A stretch of DNA of 64,000 nucleotides from Octopus bimaculoides (taxonomy: Eukaryota): assembly GCF_001194135.2 (NCBI RefSeq), contig NC_069000.1:35779405-35843404 (forward strand). The letters are read 5' to 3'. The number at the start of each line of letters is the position of its first letter. The first letter of the stretch is position 1. A model generated the notes under the pieces. That model saw only the letters and a program-made list of their open reading frames with translations, was not told the DNA's origin and ran no database searches. This document shows, one piece after another, positions 63,692 through 64,000 of this stretch. Both the position numbers and the translations under genes were made by a program.

Positions 63692-64000
63692 TATCATCAT
63701 CATCATCGTTTAACGTCCGCTTTCCATGCTAGCATGGGTTGGACGATTTGACTGAGGACTGGTGAAACCGGAGGGCAACACCAGGCTCCAATCTAATTTG
63801 GCAGAGTTTCTACAGCTGGATGCCCTTCCTAACGCCAACCACTCAGAGAGTGTAGTGGGTGCTTTTACATGTCACCCGCACGAAAACGGCCACGCTCGAA
63901 ATGGTGTCTTTTATGTGCCACCCGCACAAGCCAGTCCAGGGGCACTGGCAACGATCTCACTCGAAAATCCTACGGGAGCCAGTCAGGTGGTACTGGCAAC
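63692..64000 (-). mobile_element. SINE family C copy running off the window end
   Basis: (CAT)n tail, RTE-like 3' end and start of the ~65-bp unit array on the minus strand. Confidence 0.85.

Overview
AT-rich, microsatellite-dense animal genomic DNA from a gapped draft assembly. The SINE repertoire points to an octopus or other coleoid cephalopod (inference). The only intact protein-coding gene I can support is the 3' part of a ZNF341 orthologue on the + strand: 8 coding exons between 123 and 14138, all GT-AG with consistent phases, encoding about 12 C2H2-type fingers, polyQ/polyN tracts and two AT-hook-like motifs. The remaining ~50 kb has no recognisable intact coding exon. It is a mosaic of at least five SINE families, decayed Tc1/mariner transposases, hAT MITEs with 8-bp TSDs, one decayed Merlin (IS1016/ISXO2-like) transposon with TIRs and TSD, and several GG...CC MITEs with 8-bp TSDs, some carrying telomere-like repeats. 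Most notable observations: (1) a tRNA-headed retroposon carrying a Penelope-type minimal hammerhead ribozyme motif, present as an inverted pair in a ZNF341 intron; (2) an array of covarying two-hairpin units in an RTE-type SINE; (3) a 33-codon dynamin-related (Drp1/DNM1L-like) fragment downstream of ZNF341; (4) a degenerate duplicate of one ZNF341 exon start that would act as a truncating exon; (5) long fold-back structures in three ZNF341 introns. Exon labels W1-W8 are numbered within this window. Repeat boundaries are approximate unless a TSD is given. All family assignments are by eye and from memory, not from database searches.
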